A stretch of DNA of 64,000 nucleotides from Cyanidioschyzon merolae (lineage: Eukaryota). The stretch lies in the NCBI GenBank assembly GCA_000091205.1, contig AP006494.2. One strand, written 5' to 3'. The position numbers and the translations under genes were made by a program. Positions 1 through 11,149 of this stretch are shown here, in pieces (position 1 is the first letter of the stretch; every line of letters begins with the position of its first letter). Under the pieces are notes generated by a model. The model was not told the DNA's origin. It made no database searches and saw only the letters and a list, made by a program, of their open reading frames with translations.

Positions 1-1008
1 GTCCAAAACCATGCACCATTCTAACAGGCGAGATGCGAGCCTCTAGGATCATATCAGTGAGACGCATCATGCTGCTGCCGTTAAAAGGCGTTGCGTCGAT
101 AGCCACACAGAGAAAAAGATTCGCCTTTCAAAGGGAAATTATTCATGGGCATGAACGAGTCCTTGAACTTTCGACATGAGCACGTGAATCAATCGTCAAG
201 AGACGACGCTCAGTTTTCCATTGGTCCATCCAGAGAATCCAATTGCTGCACACACGAGTTGACTTGGCAAAGAGATATCGAGAACTTGAGGAATGCATGA
301 TCTTAGCATGGTAGACGTAAGAAACGTAGAAGCTCGAATGCTTGTACGTATGAATTGGATGATCATATCGGTTATTTTACGATGCCTTGTTCGACGACGT
401 CGTGAATCATCTTGAGCACGGTGACTTGATAAATTCCAGCGGCTCCGAGACGAAGGAGCTTCTCCGAAAACTCCACTGAGCATCCCAAGACTCCGTATGA
501 AAACCATGGCGCTCACAGCTGCGCTTCGAATGTCGAGTCCGCACGTCTTAAACTAGGCCAGAACAAACTCGAAACGCTGGCGCAGAGCGAGCACTTCAGA
601 GGGCCATTTTATTCTGATAAGTGTGTGTGTGTGTTTGTAGCGTATGCACCAATTGCTCTGAGACAGACGGCTCTCCGAGGTTGTCGTGGAAAGCGCGGGT
701 GGCGACTCCAGTCCGCTTCTCCAGGGGGCATCGCTGCGACCGCGAGCAGCACTGCGAAGCGAGGGTCGCAGCCGGTGTTTGCATCGACAAACGCGAAAGC
801 TGCGACTCGGCAGCCGCACGCCATGCAACTTGAGTGCTCGCTGATGTGGTGGTGGCGGCGGCGGCGGCAGTCGCTGTCTTGGTGTCGAAGCTAGAACATC
901 GTTGCCCGCAAACACCAATTTCAATACCAGAAAGATGGACCTGCGTCAGATCAATTGTTTGCAGCTCACCCATGTGGACCAGGCTGATTGGAAACCTCGC
1001 TACCCGAG

Positions 1009-1617
1009 TCACGTCGACGTGCAGCCTGGATCATCGCAAGTATCTGCTAATGCTGCCTCGACAAGCTTACCAAGTCTTTTCTGTTCCCTTTTCAGTAGTT
1101 TCTTCTGCTCTTTCTCGCGCGCTCTAGCTTGCTCCTCTTCATAATCGGCAAGAGCCTTTCGAGCGGTTCGTAGCATGTCCAAGAGCTCTGGCCGTTTGCC
1201 CCTTGTTGCTTCAAGTTGCCGCTCTGCGTCCGCAAACGAGAACCAACGCCTCGGCCGTTCCCTGGACTCTTGCCACAGGGGATCACCGGGTCTGCGTTCC
1301 AGTTCCACGAGCATCAGAAACATAGTATGTTGTTCCCCGCTCCAAGGTCGCCATGTGCCAAGTTTAGCGAGTACTGTACCCTCGACACCGGCTTCCTCGC
1401 GCGTTTCGCGAACCGCAGCTTCTTTGGGGCTCTCTTTTCGCTTCACTCCTCCTTTCGGAAACAGCCACACTCGCGGGTCGTACTTGGAGCGAACCAGCAA
1501 AACCTCATACCGGTCACAGGGTCGCGCACTGGCTCCGGCAACTGGCTCGGCAACAGCGCTCGAAGCCACGGGCCTCGTGGGGACACAGCCCGCGACTTTT
1601 CGCCCTGAGCCGCCCAT
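1009..1617 (-). CDS. Nudix hydrolase, diphosphoinositol-polyphosphate phosphohydrolase (DIPP/Aps1)-like
   Basis: Canonical Nudix box GGVKRKESPKEAAVRETREEAGVEG (GX5EX7REUXEEXGU). Context LLVRSKYDPRVWLFPKGG resembles NUDT3/DIPP. ATG at 1617 confirmed on the minus strand. Confidence 0.8.
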   Translation of the reverse strand: MGGSGRKVAGCVPTRPVASSAVAEPVAGASARPCDRYEVLLVRSKYDPRVWLFPKGGVKRKESPKEAAVRETREEAGVEGTVLAKLGTWRPWSGEQHTMFLMLVELERRPGDPLWQESRERPRRWFSFADAERQLEATRGKRPELLDMLRTARKALADYEEEQARAREKEQKKLLKREQKRLGKLVEAALADTCDDPGCTST

Positions 1618-1879
1618 GTACTAAAAACATTCACTGTTTCGCTTCGAGATTATATGTAAGAAGTACAAACTTCCATGAACGACCAGGGTTTGCAAAGAAA
1701 GCCCTTGCCGAGTGAAGAAGAGTCCCTGGAGTACTCAACAGCGGTGCATACGCATACCAGGGATCGTGTCTGAGCAACGAAACGCTGAGGCGTAGCGGTG
1801 TCGGGATCCCCGACGATTAGCTGGTGGACCTCGCACCGCGCGATGCAATGCCCTCTGGAATGCTCGGTACCCTAAACGC

Positions 1880-2311
1880 ATGGACATGATGGGTATCGCA
1901 TTGCTCCGGATACTCCGCGATCCTTTGATACTCTCGATCACTTTCGAGGCATGGACATGATGGGTATCGCATTGCTCCGGATACTCCGCGATCCTTTGAT
2001 ACCCCCCGATCACTTTCGAAGCATGGACATGATGGGTATCGCATTGCTCCGGATACTCCGCGATCCTTTGATACCCCCCGATCACTTTCGAAGCATGGAC
2101 ATGATGGGTATCGCATTGCTCCGGATACTCCGCGATCCTTTGATACTCTCGATCACTTTCGAAGCATGGACATGATGGGTATCGCATTGCTCCGGATACT
2201 CCGCGATCCTTTGATACTCTCGATCAATTTCGAAGCATGGACATGATGGGTATCGCATTGCTCCGGATACTCCGCGATCCTTTGATACTCTCGATCACTT
2301 TAGAAGCAGAG
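1880..2311. repeat. 72-bp minisatellite, about 6 tandem copies; last copy degenerate
   Basis: Unit atggacatgatgggtatcgcattgctccggatactccgcgatcctttgata(c/t)(c/t)c(c/t)cgatcactttcgaagc begins at about 1880, 1951, 2023, 2095, 2165 and 2237. It lies between the divergent genes at 1009-1617 (-) and 2403-3878 (+). Track ORFs across it (1735..2187 -, 1951..2175 +, 2237..2509 +) are repeat artefacts. Confidence 0.9.
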
Positions 2312-2402
2312 ACATCATGGGTGTTACGCTTTCGTTCAGCTTGCGCTCGGGCAGCGACGGCTACGATGCGACGCTCGCGGGCGCTGACGAGATCTGGGCG
2401 AT

Positions 2403-3878
2403 GTGCTGTGGCCTGCAGCACAGAGGAGTTGCTTGCTAGCACTGAAAACGTGGTTGTTGAACTGTGGTCTCGAACGTTGCGCCAAACAAATGCAGTCATT
2501 CACTGTTGACGGACTTGAGTCTGTATTGAATGATGGATCGAAGTTTGCATTCGTACTTAGCAACCCGCGATGCTCGCTGGTGAGCCAGAGCGTTCAGCTG
2601 GAGCGAGCGCAGCTCACGCGCCGTCCTATTCGAAGACGCCGGTGCGTGCTCAAAATCAACAGCCTAGCGCAGCTTCTCTTCGCATCGTCTTGGGCAGCTT
2701 ACGGGTTCCGCGAGCTTGAGCGCCGTTTAGAAGGGCGCCTCGTAACAGCGGGTGCCAGAAGACCCGTGCACGCGGGCGGCGTCGGGGTACCACCCTCGTT
2801 TGCCGGTTCGCAGTACCAGACTGTGGTCGTGTGGCTTCGAGAAGGTGAAAATCTAAGGCTCCACGACAATCCAGTCATAGAAAAGGCACTAGCACTCTCC
2901 AGAGAGGGAGCCAGTACCCCCGATGCGGGCAGATCGTCAGGTCCCGACCAGTCTTCGTGGTTGCCGACACGTTTGTTGCCCATATTTATCGAAACGCCCT
3001 GGGACAAGCATGGACGACTGCGCACCTGGCGACAGCAGAAACAAGTTAGGGAATGCGTTCAGTTCCTTGGGGAGGCGCTCCACCAAACCGGCAGTGGACT
3101 TGTGTGGGTTCGCGTCTCTGACACACACCTGACGCGTCTCGAGGATATGGCCAATTTGAGGACTGCTGCGCTCGTGGAGACCCTTGCATCCCTTGAGCTT
3201 CACTCTCTGACTGCGGTGACGTATCCTTGCGGCGGGACCCGATTACAGGGTCTCGAAGAGGAGATACTCGTTCAGCGCCTTGGCTCCAGCACAGATGCTG
3301 ACGCAGCAGCGAATGCTCTGCAACGCCGTGCTATGTGTCGCGCGATTCGGCTCGTCAGCGTTCAGGATACTGCGAATACGCTGTTCGCGTTGGCGCGGCT
3401 CCCGTTCTCGATTGCAAAGATGCCCGATGATTGCGATGCGTTTGCGCAGGCCCTGGACACACTGGGAGAGCCCGAGCCAAGCCAGCATGCACCGGTCTCA
3501 TTACCGCCTCTGCCCCGCGAAGCACTGGATTCTCCTTTTTACTACAATCCCGAAATCGTATCCGGAAAACCCCCGATGGTCGATTCCCCTGATGCACACC
3601 AACCCTTTCATGAGCAATTCGTTCTCGAAGCGCTTGAAGCGTATGCCAAATCCGAGACGCCGCTCGTCATGATTGCTGATGATACGATTCAAACACGGAG
3701 CCAGGGCATCCTTGGGGTCGCCATGGAGCTGGGTTGCCTCTCGCCGCGGCGCTTCTGGCACGCTATTCGAGAGCATCTTCCGACAACATCCATTCGTCGC
3801 CAGTGTGCGTGGTTTGATATCATCCTTCACGATTTCGTACGTTTATTGACATGGAAACGTGGTATTCACCCAGCATGA
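2403..3878 (+). CDS. Hypothetical protein, 491 aa as tracked, no recognisable domain
   Basis: Long uninterrupted ORF with coding-like composition. The tracked start is GTG; the first in-frame ATG (MQSFTVDGLESV...) is at about 2490. Confidence 0.4.
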   Translation: MLWPAAQRSCLLALKTWLLNCGLERCAKQMQSFTVDGLESVLNDGSKFAFVLSNPRCSLVSQSVQLERAQLTRRPIRRRRCVLKINSLAQLLFASSWAAYGFRELERRLEGRLVTAGARRPVHAGGVGVPPSFAGSQYQTVVVWLREGENLRLHDNPVIEKALALSREGASTPDAGRSSGPDQSSWLPTRLLPIFIETPWDKHGRLRTWRQQKQVRECVQFLGEALHQTGSGLVWVRVSDTHLTRLEDMANLRTAALVETLASLELHSLTAVTYPCGGTRLQGLEEEILVQRLGSSTDADAAANALQRRAMCRAIRLVSVQDTANTLFALARLPFSIAKMPDDCDAFAQALDTLGEPEPSQHAPVSLPPLPREALDSPFYYNPEIVSGKPPMVDSPDAHQPFHEQFVLEALEAYAKSETPLVMIADDTIQTRSQGILGVAMELGCLSPRRFWHAIREHLPTTSIRRQCAWFDIILHDFVRLLTWKRGIHPA

Positions 3879-4054
3879 ATCTTTCTGATACGCTCCGTGT
3901 CGCTCAGGAGCGTCGCCTGATTGCATGCGTACGCAGTGGATTGTGCTAGTGCATCTGAACAACATGTTGCCTCATCTAACTGGTTTCTAAAGCAATTACC
4001 GGGACGCATTCGTCGCTCGTGAAGAGCGCCATCGAAATCGAGTGCTAAGCGTCA

Positions 4055-4573
4055 CTACTGGTGCCTCTGGTCCATTGCGTGCTCGCGGAGGAGCGCAAGC
4101 GACACCACACGCAACGCGTTCTCGTGACAAGCCTCGAGGATGACCGGCGGTGCGACCCCTGCGTCATACGCTTCCTTCCATCGCGATGCGCATAGACACC
4201 ACTTGTCCCCTGGTCGAAGTCCGGGAAAGCCAAATTGCAGGGCAGGCGTCGACAAGTCGTTCCCGCGCGACGCAGTGAAAGCCAGAAACTCCGCCGTAAC
4301 GCGAGCGCACACCGTGTGGGACCCGATGTCCTCTGGACCTGTTGCACAGTAACCGTCGCGATAGAACCCTGTCCGAGGCTGGAAGCAGCAGGGCGCGAGC
4401 GGCCCCCCTAAAACGTTGCGAGGCCGGTCTGTGTTGCCGTTCGGGGCAACCATGCGCACTGGCTGGAACGCGAGCGCCCGCCACGATGAAGCTGCCCAGT
4501 CAGCCGAGCTCAGTGTCTGCCGAGCTGGCGGGAAAGAAAGCGAGTTAGCGAACGGTAGCGCGTTACTTCTCAT
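4055..4573 (-). CDS. DUF2237-family conserved protein
   Basis: 172-aa ORF. The central region GGPLAPCCFQPRTGFYRDGYCATGPEDIGSHTVCARVTAEFLAFTASRGNDLSTPALQFGFPGLRPGDKWCLCASRWKEAYDAGVAPPV matches my memory of the bacterial-type DUF2237 domain. I could not verify this against a profile. Confidence 0.5.
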   Translation of the reverse strand: MRSNALPFANSLSFPPARQTLSSADWAASSWRALAFQPVRMVAPNGNTDRPRNVLGGPLAPCCFQPRTGFYRDGYCATGPEDIGSHTVCARVTAEFLAFTASRGNDLSTPALQFGFPGLRPGDKWCLCASRWKEAYDAGVAPPVILEACHENALRVVSLALLREHAMDQRHQ

Positions 4574-6423
4574 AGAACTGGTTTCTTAGGCCAATGAAAC
4601 CCAGAAAGTCCCACGAAAGCGATTTTATGGAGCCCACGACTGTTATTGCACCCGAGGTTCGTTCGTCGAGCTCGTCGGCCAGCGTTGCATCCGGTGAAAC
4701 GATGCGGCTCCCGGTGCCGGTATCCTGTCAGGCAGGCAGGCGCGCGTGGGTGCAAAGCCTCGACCCGGGATTCCTGGGGCAGGTCCCGCTCGCTGGGATG
4801 TTCGAAGCTCATGACGTTTGCTGGTATGTTTGGCTGTATCTTGATCCAATGAGAAACGAGCGCCCATTTCAGGTACCTGGCGAATATTCCGCAGCAACAC
4901 GAGATGTGCTCGTTTCGGATGCCTGCTGGTGCGCAGTATTGCTCGTTCTCCACAAATTTCGATGCAGTCTGGGGGCACCACTGTCGGAGCAATTGCAAGG
5001 CTGCGCATGATGCTCGCACAACGGATGCTTCCATGCTCTGCGACGCCGAGCCGGTGCTCCGCGGAGTCCTGATATATACATACGCTGGAAACCAGTGCTC
5101 ATGGAAGCATTGCATCCGAGCTTCGCATTGCGAGCGACGCACAGGCCTGTGCACCGACCTGGGAGCGGTTGCCGCGTCATCTGGAGATACACGCAGTAGA
5201 GCATCTCGAATCAGCTGTATGTATCCATCGAAAAAGCAGCAAATATGGTGGAAAATCCGCATAGTCACGTCGATGGCAAGCAGGGCGCTCGTTCGCACAC
5301 GCCAAAAGCATTTCGTACGACCTGAAACATCGTCGCCGAGGGCATTCGAATCATAAGCATCAACACTTCCCGAAATAGCCATAAGTGTTGCGCATTCGCG
5401 AGATCACCGGCTCAACGCACCATGCCTACACTGCCAGCGACTGGTGCCTCGATTCCGAGCGGCGTGATGCGATCGATGGGTAGTGCTGGTCGCCTGTTCG
5501 TTACTTACGTGCAGAGCGTTGCGGGAAACGCGGATTACGCGTCGACGTGTACTGCTGACAGGATCATGAACGCCAGAGAAAACAAACATAGATGATTGCC
5601 ACCAGGAATACGGCATGATTGAGTGGCATTCATCGGGTCTGTTTTTCTGGCTTTGAATGCCCTCGCTGCCGTACCTGTCGGGTCTGCTGCTGATGGGCAT
5701 GTTTGATTTCCGGAAGCAGAAGCCCGCTGAACAAGCAGTGAAGCATGTAGGGGAATCCATACGCACGGATGTCAAGTCTTCCTAGTCGTTATGATCTGAA
5801 TGGGAATATCTCGAGTGCAAACGGCCGGACACGGTAGCGCCCTGAGTGCAGGTCAACAGCAAGATGCAGGATCTCGCGATGCAACCTGGTTCAAGGTCGA
5901 TGCACATCCGCGGTTCTTCTGTCACTAGTCAAACACATTCGCACCCATTGATTGCAGGAATGAAGATTCATGGATGTAGACGCTGAATCTACCTGCATCG
6001 TTGCGATAGCGGAGCGCTTTCAATCGATGCAGTCAGCACACGTGTGTGGCTGGAGTATCTCGGGGAAAACACTGCGACGTTGCGTGCGCAGATGGAGCCT
6101 CTCTTCCCAGGGGCGAAATACGTATGGTGATTCTGCACGGTCGAGTAGAGGATCATGGCAATATTCTGGGAAACGCAAGCGTTCATGGCTTCGTGCGCTG
6201 CGTACGTGTCCCAGCGTGGATGGATACGCACACGTGTGACTCCAGACACTTCAAAGTAGCCCTGTTTCTGAACCTAATCGCTCTGGAATGGAATCACAAC
6301 CCAAACCATGGCAATCGCGTACCGAGACGATCGATCAATCCCTGAACATACGGCTGTGCCGAATCCATCTGTCCCTTGATTCATAAAACGAATACGGAAC
6401 CACTAACGATTGTAGCATTTTGC

Positions 6424-6556
6424 AACAACAATAGTCCTCATCGAAGATACTCGCACCTCGATTCATGATACGTATGCCTGGCGAACAACAATTGCGGTAC
6501 TGGGCAACAAAAGTCCTCATCGAAGATACTCGCACCTCGATTCATGATACGTATGC
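6424..6556. repeat. Two copies of a 46-bp element agtcctcatcgaagatactcgcacctcgattcatgatacgtatgc, period about 79 bp
   Basis: Exact 46-bp duplication at about 6431-6476 and 6509-6554, each preceded by caacaa(c/a)aa. It sits about 250 bp upstream of the gene starting at about 6803. Confidence 0.85.
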
Positions 6557-6661
6557 TCGACAACTGACAATTGCAGCATCACGCATCATCTGTTTGAGAT
6601 ATCGTGCATTAGGAGGCAGCATCAATGTACGCAGTACGAACAGCAGGCGGATCACCCGTAC

Positions 6662-8743
6662 GTGGACACTCCAGCGGGGCGTGGCGGCTCAAGCGCGGGA
6701 TTCTCGGCAGCGGTTGCGCGCTCCAACGCCACCCGGGTTCGTGCGTGGCTGGGGCCTCCTCACGGGTCTTACAAAGGGTTCTCGGCACTTTTGTTCTTGT
6801 TTATGAATCACGATCCTAGAAAAAATTCTTTGCATAGTATAAGACGGCATGGAGGAGAAGTTTCACCCGTGAGGCTTGATACTCGGCAGCAATCACGTAC
6901 GAGGTTTCTGCGTCCTGTGCGCAGGTGGTACGTTTGGCTGGGACTGCCTCTTCTGGGACTGGCCCTACTCTGTGTGCGGTGGTGTCCCTCCTATAAAATT
7001 GGAAACCTTTTGGATGATCATCAGGACTTGAGGATCATTTCGTACGCGTACCGAGAAAGCTCGCCACATGAACTTCGGAACCTGGAGTTCTTCCTTCGAC
7101 ATGGAGTCTATGCTGACCCGAAGAGTCTCTTTTTCATCATAGTAAACGGTGGGACTTGCACACCCTGTGAGTCCGCTGACGCCAAGCGGCCAAACGTGCA
7201 CGTACTAAGAAGAGAAAACTACGGCTATGATTTTGGTGCACACGGACACCTACTGAACCAGCTTGAGATTCAGGGACAGCTGCAACGTCTGAAGCGCCTC
7301 TACTGCATCAACGCTTCTGTGCGGGGTCCGTTCCTGCCCAAATTCTTTCGTGATCGGCCATGGACTGCTGCGTTTGACAGCCTCATGCGAGGAAATGTAG
7401 CAGCTGTTGGAGCCTCGCTCGTCTGTCTGCCAAAACAGGATGCTGGTGGCCCAGGGGCGCGGCTTGAAGGTTTTGCTTTCGCGTTGAGCGCAGAGGGCAT
7501 GCTGGCCGCTCGACGAGCAGGTGTCTTCCGATCGTACCCTAGCAAAAGGGACGCTATACTATACGGTGAATTTGGCTTGACGCGAGCCCTTTTCCAAGCC
7601 GGTCTCTCTGTGGACACGCTCATGACCAAATACCAGCGAATATGGAACGCATCCAATGAGCTGGTAACCTGCAACCGTAACGTGTTCCCTAGTCGCCACG
7701 GAGCGGTCGATGGCGTCGATCTTCACCCCTATGAGACACTATTCATGAAAACACAATGGATGATGAGCTACCCGTACGTGCTACTGTACTCAGAGTGGAT
7801 GGATCATCCGGATGCACCGGAGCTTCCAGATATTCATAGGTACTACCACTTTCAGCATGATGATCAGGTGCATCCAATTGAACCTCCACGAGTCGCCTCG
7901 CCCCTGATCGGCGATAAGAAGCTCGTTCTGGTGATCTGGGATACGCCCAATTCGTCGGTTGAGTGGGAAAATATCGAGCACTTGCTTGCAAGTATACGGC
8001 TCTCGGACAGCATAGACTACCTGTTGGTTATTCGCGATGGCCAGGTCGCTGCACGCGTTCGAGAAAAACGTGTGGATAGGCTTCCGAACGTGCGTATCGT
8101 CTCCGAAATCCGTAGTTCGTTGAACAGTCTTTGCATGCAAGGCCTCACGATTTTGCGCACGAACAGCCGATATTTAGCATACAATTTTTTTGTCTTCATC
8201 ACACAACATGCGCGCGGACCTGTAGGTGTCTGGAGCAGCAACGACCAGTGGATAGTTTCTTTGGAAGAACACCTTCGCACGAAACAAGTTGGGCTGCTGT
8301 TCTCATTCATTCATCTTTCGGGTGAAATGCTCCAGCCGGATCCGAGTTTTTTCTGCATGGACCATCGCGGCCTGCATCTTTTGCTTCGAGGTAGCGTTTG
8401 TGACCGCACCGACGTGGCAGGCACGCTACTTGGTATGAAACGAGTGGCTTCTGATGTATTGGGTCGCTCGATCGGGTTCAGTTCGTTGCAGCCCGGAACG
8501 CCTGTCCTGCAGAATACGGCGAGCCTGATGGAACCGAATTTGAGACAGATCTTCAGTCGTCCTTTAACCGAGCTATCATCAGAAGAACTTTCAGATCTGA
8601 TCTTTGTTCCCGTTGCGACCATCAACAAGCAGGATTCGGATTCTGAGCGGATCATTGCGGAACGACTTCGAGAGCTTCCCGGTCCCTTTTCGACGAAGCT
8701 GTCCACACAAGTCGCCACGAACACAACGTCCATGATTTCATGA
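6662..8743 (+). CDS. Hypothetical type-II membrane protein with a large lumenal/extracellular domain, possibly glycosyltransferase-like; function unknown
   Basis: 693-aa ORF. The likely true start is MNHDPRKN at about 6803. One hydrophobic segment WYVWLGLPLLGLALLCVRW follows a basic stretch, which fits a signal-anchor. No motif I can name. Confidence 0.45.
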   Translation: MDTPAGRGGSSAGFSAAVARSNATRVRAWLGPPHGSYKGFSALLFLFMNHDPRKNSLHSIRRHGGEVSPVRLDTRQQSRTRFLRPVRRWYVWLGLPLLGLALLCVRWCPSYKIGNLLDDHQDLRIISYAYRESSPHELRNLEFFLRHGVYADPKSLFFIIVNGGTCTPCESADAKRPNVHVLRRENYGYDFGAHGHLLNQLEIQGQLQRLKRLYCINASVRGPFLPKFFRDRPWTAAFDSLMRGNVAAVGASLVCLPKQDAGGPGARLEGFAFALSAEGMLAARRAGVFRSYPSKRDAILYGEFGLTRALFQAGLSVDTLMTKYQRIWNASNELVTCNRNVFPSRHGAVDGVDLHPYETLFMKTQWMMSYPYVLLYSEWMDHPDAPELPDIHRYYHFQHDDQVHPIEPPRVASPLIGDKKLVLVIWDTPNSSVEWENIEHLLASIRLSDSIDYLLVIRDGQVAARVREKRVDRLPNVRIVSEIRSSLNSLCMQGLTILRTNSRYLAYNFFVFITQHARGPVGVWSSNDQWIVSLEEHLRTKQVGLLFSFIHLSGEMLQPDPSFFCMDHRGLHLLLRGSVCDRTDVAGTLLGMKRVASDVLGRSIGFSSLQPGTPVLQNTASLMEPNLRQIFSRPLTELSSEELSDLIFVPVATINKQDSDSERIIAERLRELPGPFSTKLSTQVATNTTSMIS

Positions 8744-9261
8744 CAACCCAGTCGGCGTCTTGCCGAAACACAAGCAGCGCTTGAGCGTTGTTGATGGCAC
8801 TGCGTCGGCCTACGGGTGCGGAGCGTACATCCATCGCCGTCGCCGATCTGTTCATGTTCGCTTTGAGAGTCGCCTATGAGACAGGAGCAGCGATTGCCAT
8901 CGCTCGGATTCTCGTCCATGTTGTACCCTGCAAGAATGGAGCGCAGCTTTTTGTACAGGAGATGTGATAAAAACCTCCTATATCTGTTACGAAGCATGCG
9001 TCACGTGCAGCACGCAACATTGGTGGTGTCTTCCATCTCCGCGGACGGATCCCGTCGCTTTTCTCTGTTCAGCAACCTGAACCCGATTCCACGGAATGCG
9101 GCTTGTTTCAGCATCGTTCAGGACAGCATCACGATCGTCATCAGCATCACGATCATCATCAGCAGCAGCAGCAACGGTGGTAGCTGTCGTGTCCCCGTGG
9201 AGACCATACCTCCGGCAACGCGTAGCCGACACACCCGCTGGTGTACAGTTTGTCTGTAATT

Positions 9262-10215
9262 TCAAGAGCGCTCACCGAAACGCACTGGCAGCAAATCAGA
9301 CAGCGATGCAGGAGATGCAGCGAGGGTGTCCATCTGTTCTCGCCAACCGCAAAGATCCACGAGGCGCTCCACTGAATGTTGCGCATCATCGGCGATCCAC
9401 AAATCCAGTGGACGTCTTCCGATAGATCCCGAAGGCGAGCGGTTCAACAATATACGCGGTGTTCGCTTCGGGAGCTGTTCCGGGATCCATCGAACAGGTG
9501 CGACCGTGAGAGATGTTCCCATAATTAGGCACAGGTTGCAGCGCCACAGGTCTGTCATGAGCGATCGAAATACACGCCACGGCAGCTTCTCCCCGAAGAA
9601 AATAATGGCCAGTTTGACATAACCAGCCTGGCAACGCGAGCAACGCGGAGGAGCTGCTACAGCCTCTCCCGAAACAACCTGGCGTAGAAGCAGCTTCGCA
9701 TCATAAGCGGCACCACAACCGGGAGCTGTGCAGTGTGCCCGTTGCATCGTGCCGTGCGCCTCAACAAGCAACGATTCTGGGATGCCAGCCAAACGCTCGA
9801 GGCCATCAACGTTCTGCGTATAACATCGCACCAGATAACCACGTTCTGCGAGGCATCGCACGAACCAGTGTGCTCGAGTGGGCTGTAAACAGCCGCCGGT
9901 CTCCCGCAAGAGCTCGTGTGCTAGTGAATAAAACGCCTGCGGCTGTGTCCGAAAATAGTCAATATCGAAAACACGAGAAGCGTCCAGCTGTCCCTTTGTT
10001 TCCAAACGAGCGTATAGACCCGTGGTCGGTGAGCGGAAATCCGGGATTCCCGCTGCAGTCGATACGCCAGCTCCAAGGATAACCAGCACCCGCGGTGTCC
10101 GGTCACGTCGCGTAAGCGCTGTCGCCACGTCTTCGAGCTGGGTGAACGATTGCCGCCTACCGTCTGCTCTGGGTGCTGACTGGCACACCCACTGCCAGAA
10201 GTTCGCGACCCACAT
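9262..10215 (-). CDS. NAD-dependent protein deacylase, sirtuin (SIRT2/3-like)
   Basis: Sirtuin motifs GAGVSTAAGIPDFRSP, TQNVDGLE, HGTMQRAHC and a CxxC zinc ribbon (CSRCQAGY). The tracked ORF runs 9262..10302 from a GTG; the first ATG is at 10215 (MWVANF...). Confidence 0.85.
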   Translation of the reverse strand: MWVANFWQWVCQSAPRADGRRQSFTQLEDVATALTRRDRTPRVLVILGAGVSTAAGIPDFRSPTTGLYARLETKGQLDASRVFDIDYFRTQPQAFYSLAHELLRETGGCLQPTRAHWFVRCLAERGYLVRCYTQNVDGLERLAGIPESLLVEAHGTMQRAHCTAPGCGAAYDAKLLLRQVVSGEAVAAPPRCSRCQAGYVKLAIIFFGEKLPWRVFRSLMTDLWRCNLCLIMGTSLTVAPVRWIPEQLPKRTPRILLNRSPSGSIGRRPLDLWIADDAQHSVERLVDLCGWREQMDTLAASPASLSDLLPVRFGERS

Positions 10216-11149
10216 TTTCAAAGCAACGCAACACACGTTGTCTCGTCGAAAGGAGCGCTCCCAGGCGAGCGACACCCAGATCGCGAACGCAAGGGTTTCC
10301 ACTCGACAGAACGTTGACGCAGATCAGCGTTCTCTGATTTCCTATTCAACAGAGCGTTTACGTGGACCGTGGATCCCAGATTGCGTGATGCATATTGGTC
10401 ATCGAAATAGCGTCCGTCATGCTGTACGCTACGTCCAAGTCCCATTAGCCATATTTAACCTTGAATGTGCTCGTCGTTTCGTACGTTCTGTTACGCGTCG
10501 AGTCTGAGGCGATGGTCCGCCATGGCGCCCACAGCGCTGGTGTGGATGCGCCACAGAGACAGAGCGGCATTGCCACATCACTGGAAGCGACAGCTCGTGA
10601 GCATCTCGACCGATACGAAGCTGGAGATGCCGGAGCAATCACCCGATGGCGCTGCTGCAATCACGCCCGCAGACAGTTCTCGCACGGGATACGCACCGCG
10701 TATACAGTGGATCGCCGAGTCCAGCCCATCTCGTGATAGAACGCACCAGTGAGCGCGCAGTTAAACCAGCATAACCGACGTTGCCTGGATGAATCCTGTG
10801 CCTCTTCTGGACTCGTATGGAGTGCGCATGAAAACGGCACAACAGGTGTTACCTCAGAGATACGGATTCGTGATATCGCCATGTACCAGCTTAGAACCGC
10901 ATGTAGTTCCGCAAAGCATACCATCACAGATGCACTGCTTCGGCAGTATCCACACGGAAGCCTCACGTGCCGCTGCGGAAAAAACGCGGGAAATTGCGCG
11001 CGATCCATTTTCCCTTCGATGATTCGAATCGCGTCCATCGCTGCGACACGCCCCCGAGGCCTACAACGCGTTGCCGAATATCTCATTCTAAACGATTCGT
11101 TAGCGAATAGTTTGTCCGTGTCAGCTCATTCGTTGACGAGTACTGGATC

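Noticed and set aside
1735-2509. ORFs 1735..2187 -, 1817..2116 -, 1951..2175 + and 2237..2509 +, whose peptides repeat every 24 aa
   Set aside because: They are read through the 72-bp minisatellite on both strands. The periodic peptide sequence reflects the tandem DNA repeat rather than coding sequence.
4570-5382. 270-aa minus-strand ORF directly upstream of the DUF2237 gene, read as a 5' extension or exon
   Set aside because: It is in a different frame with no intron signal I could support. Its composition is Cys/His/Arg-rich, and it is overlapped by two plus-strand ORFs of similar length. I cannot support any of the three as coding.
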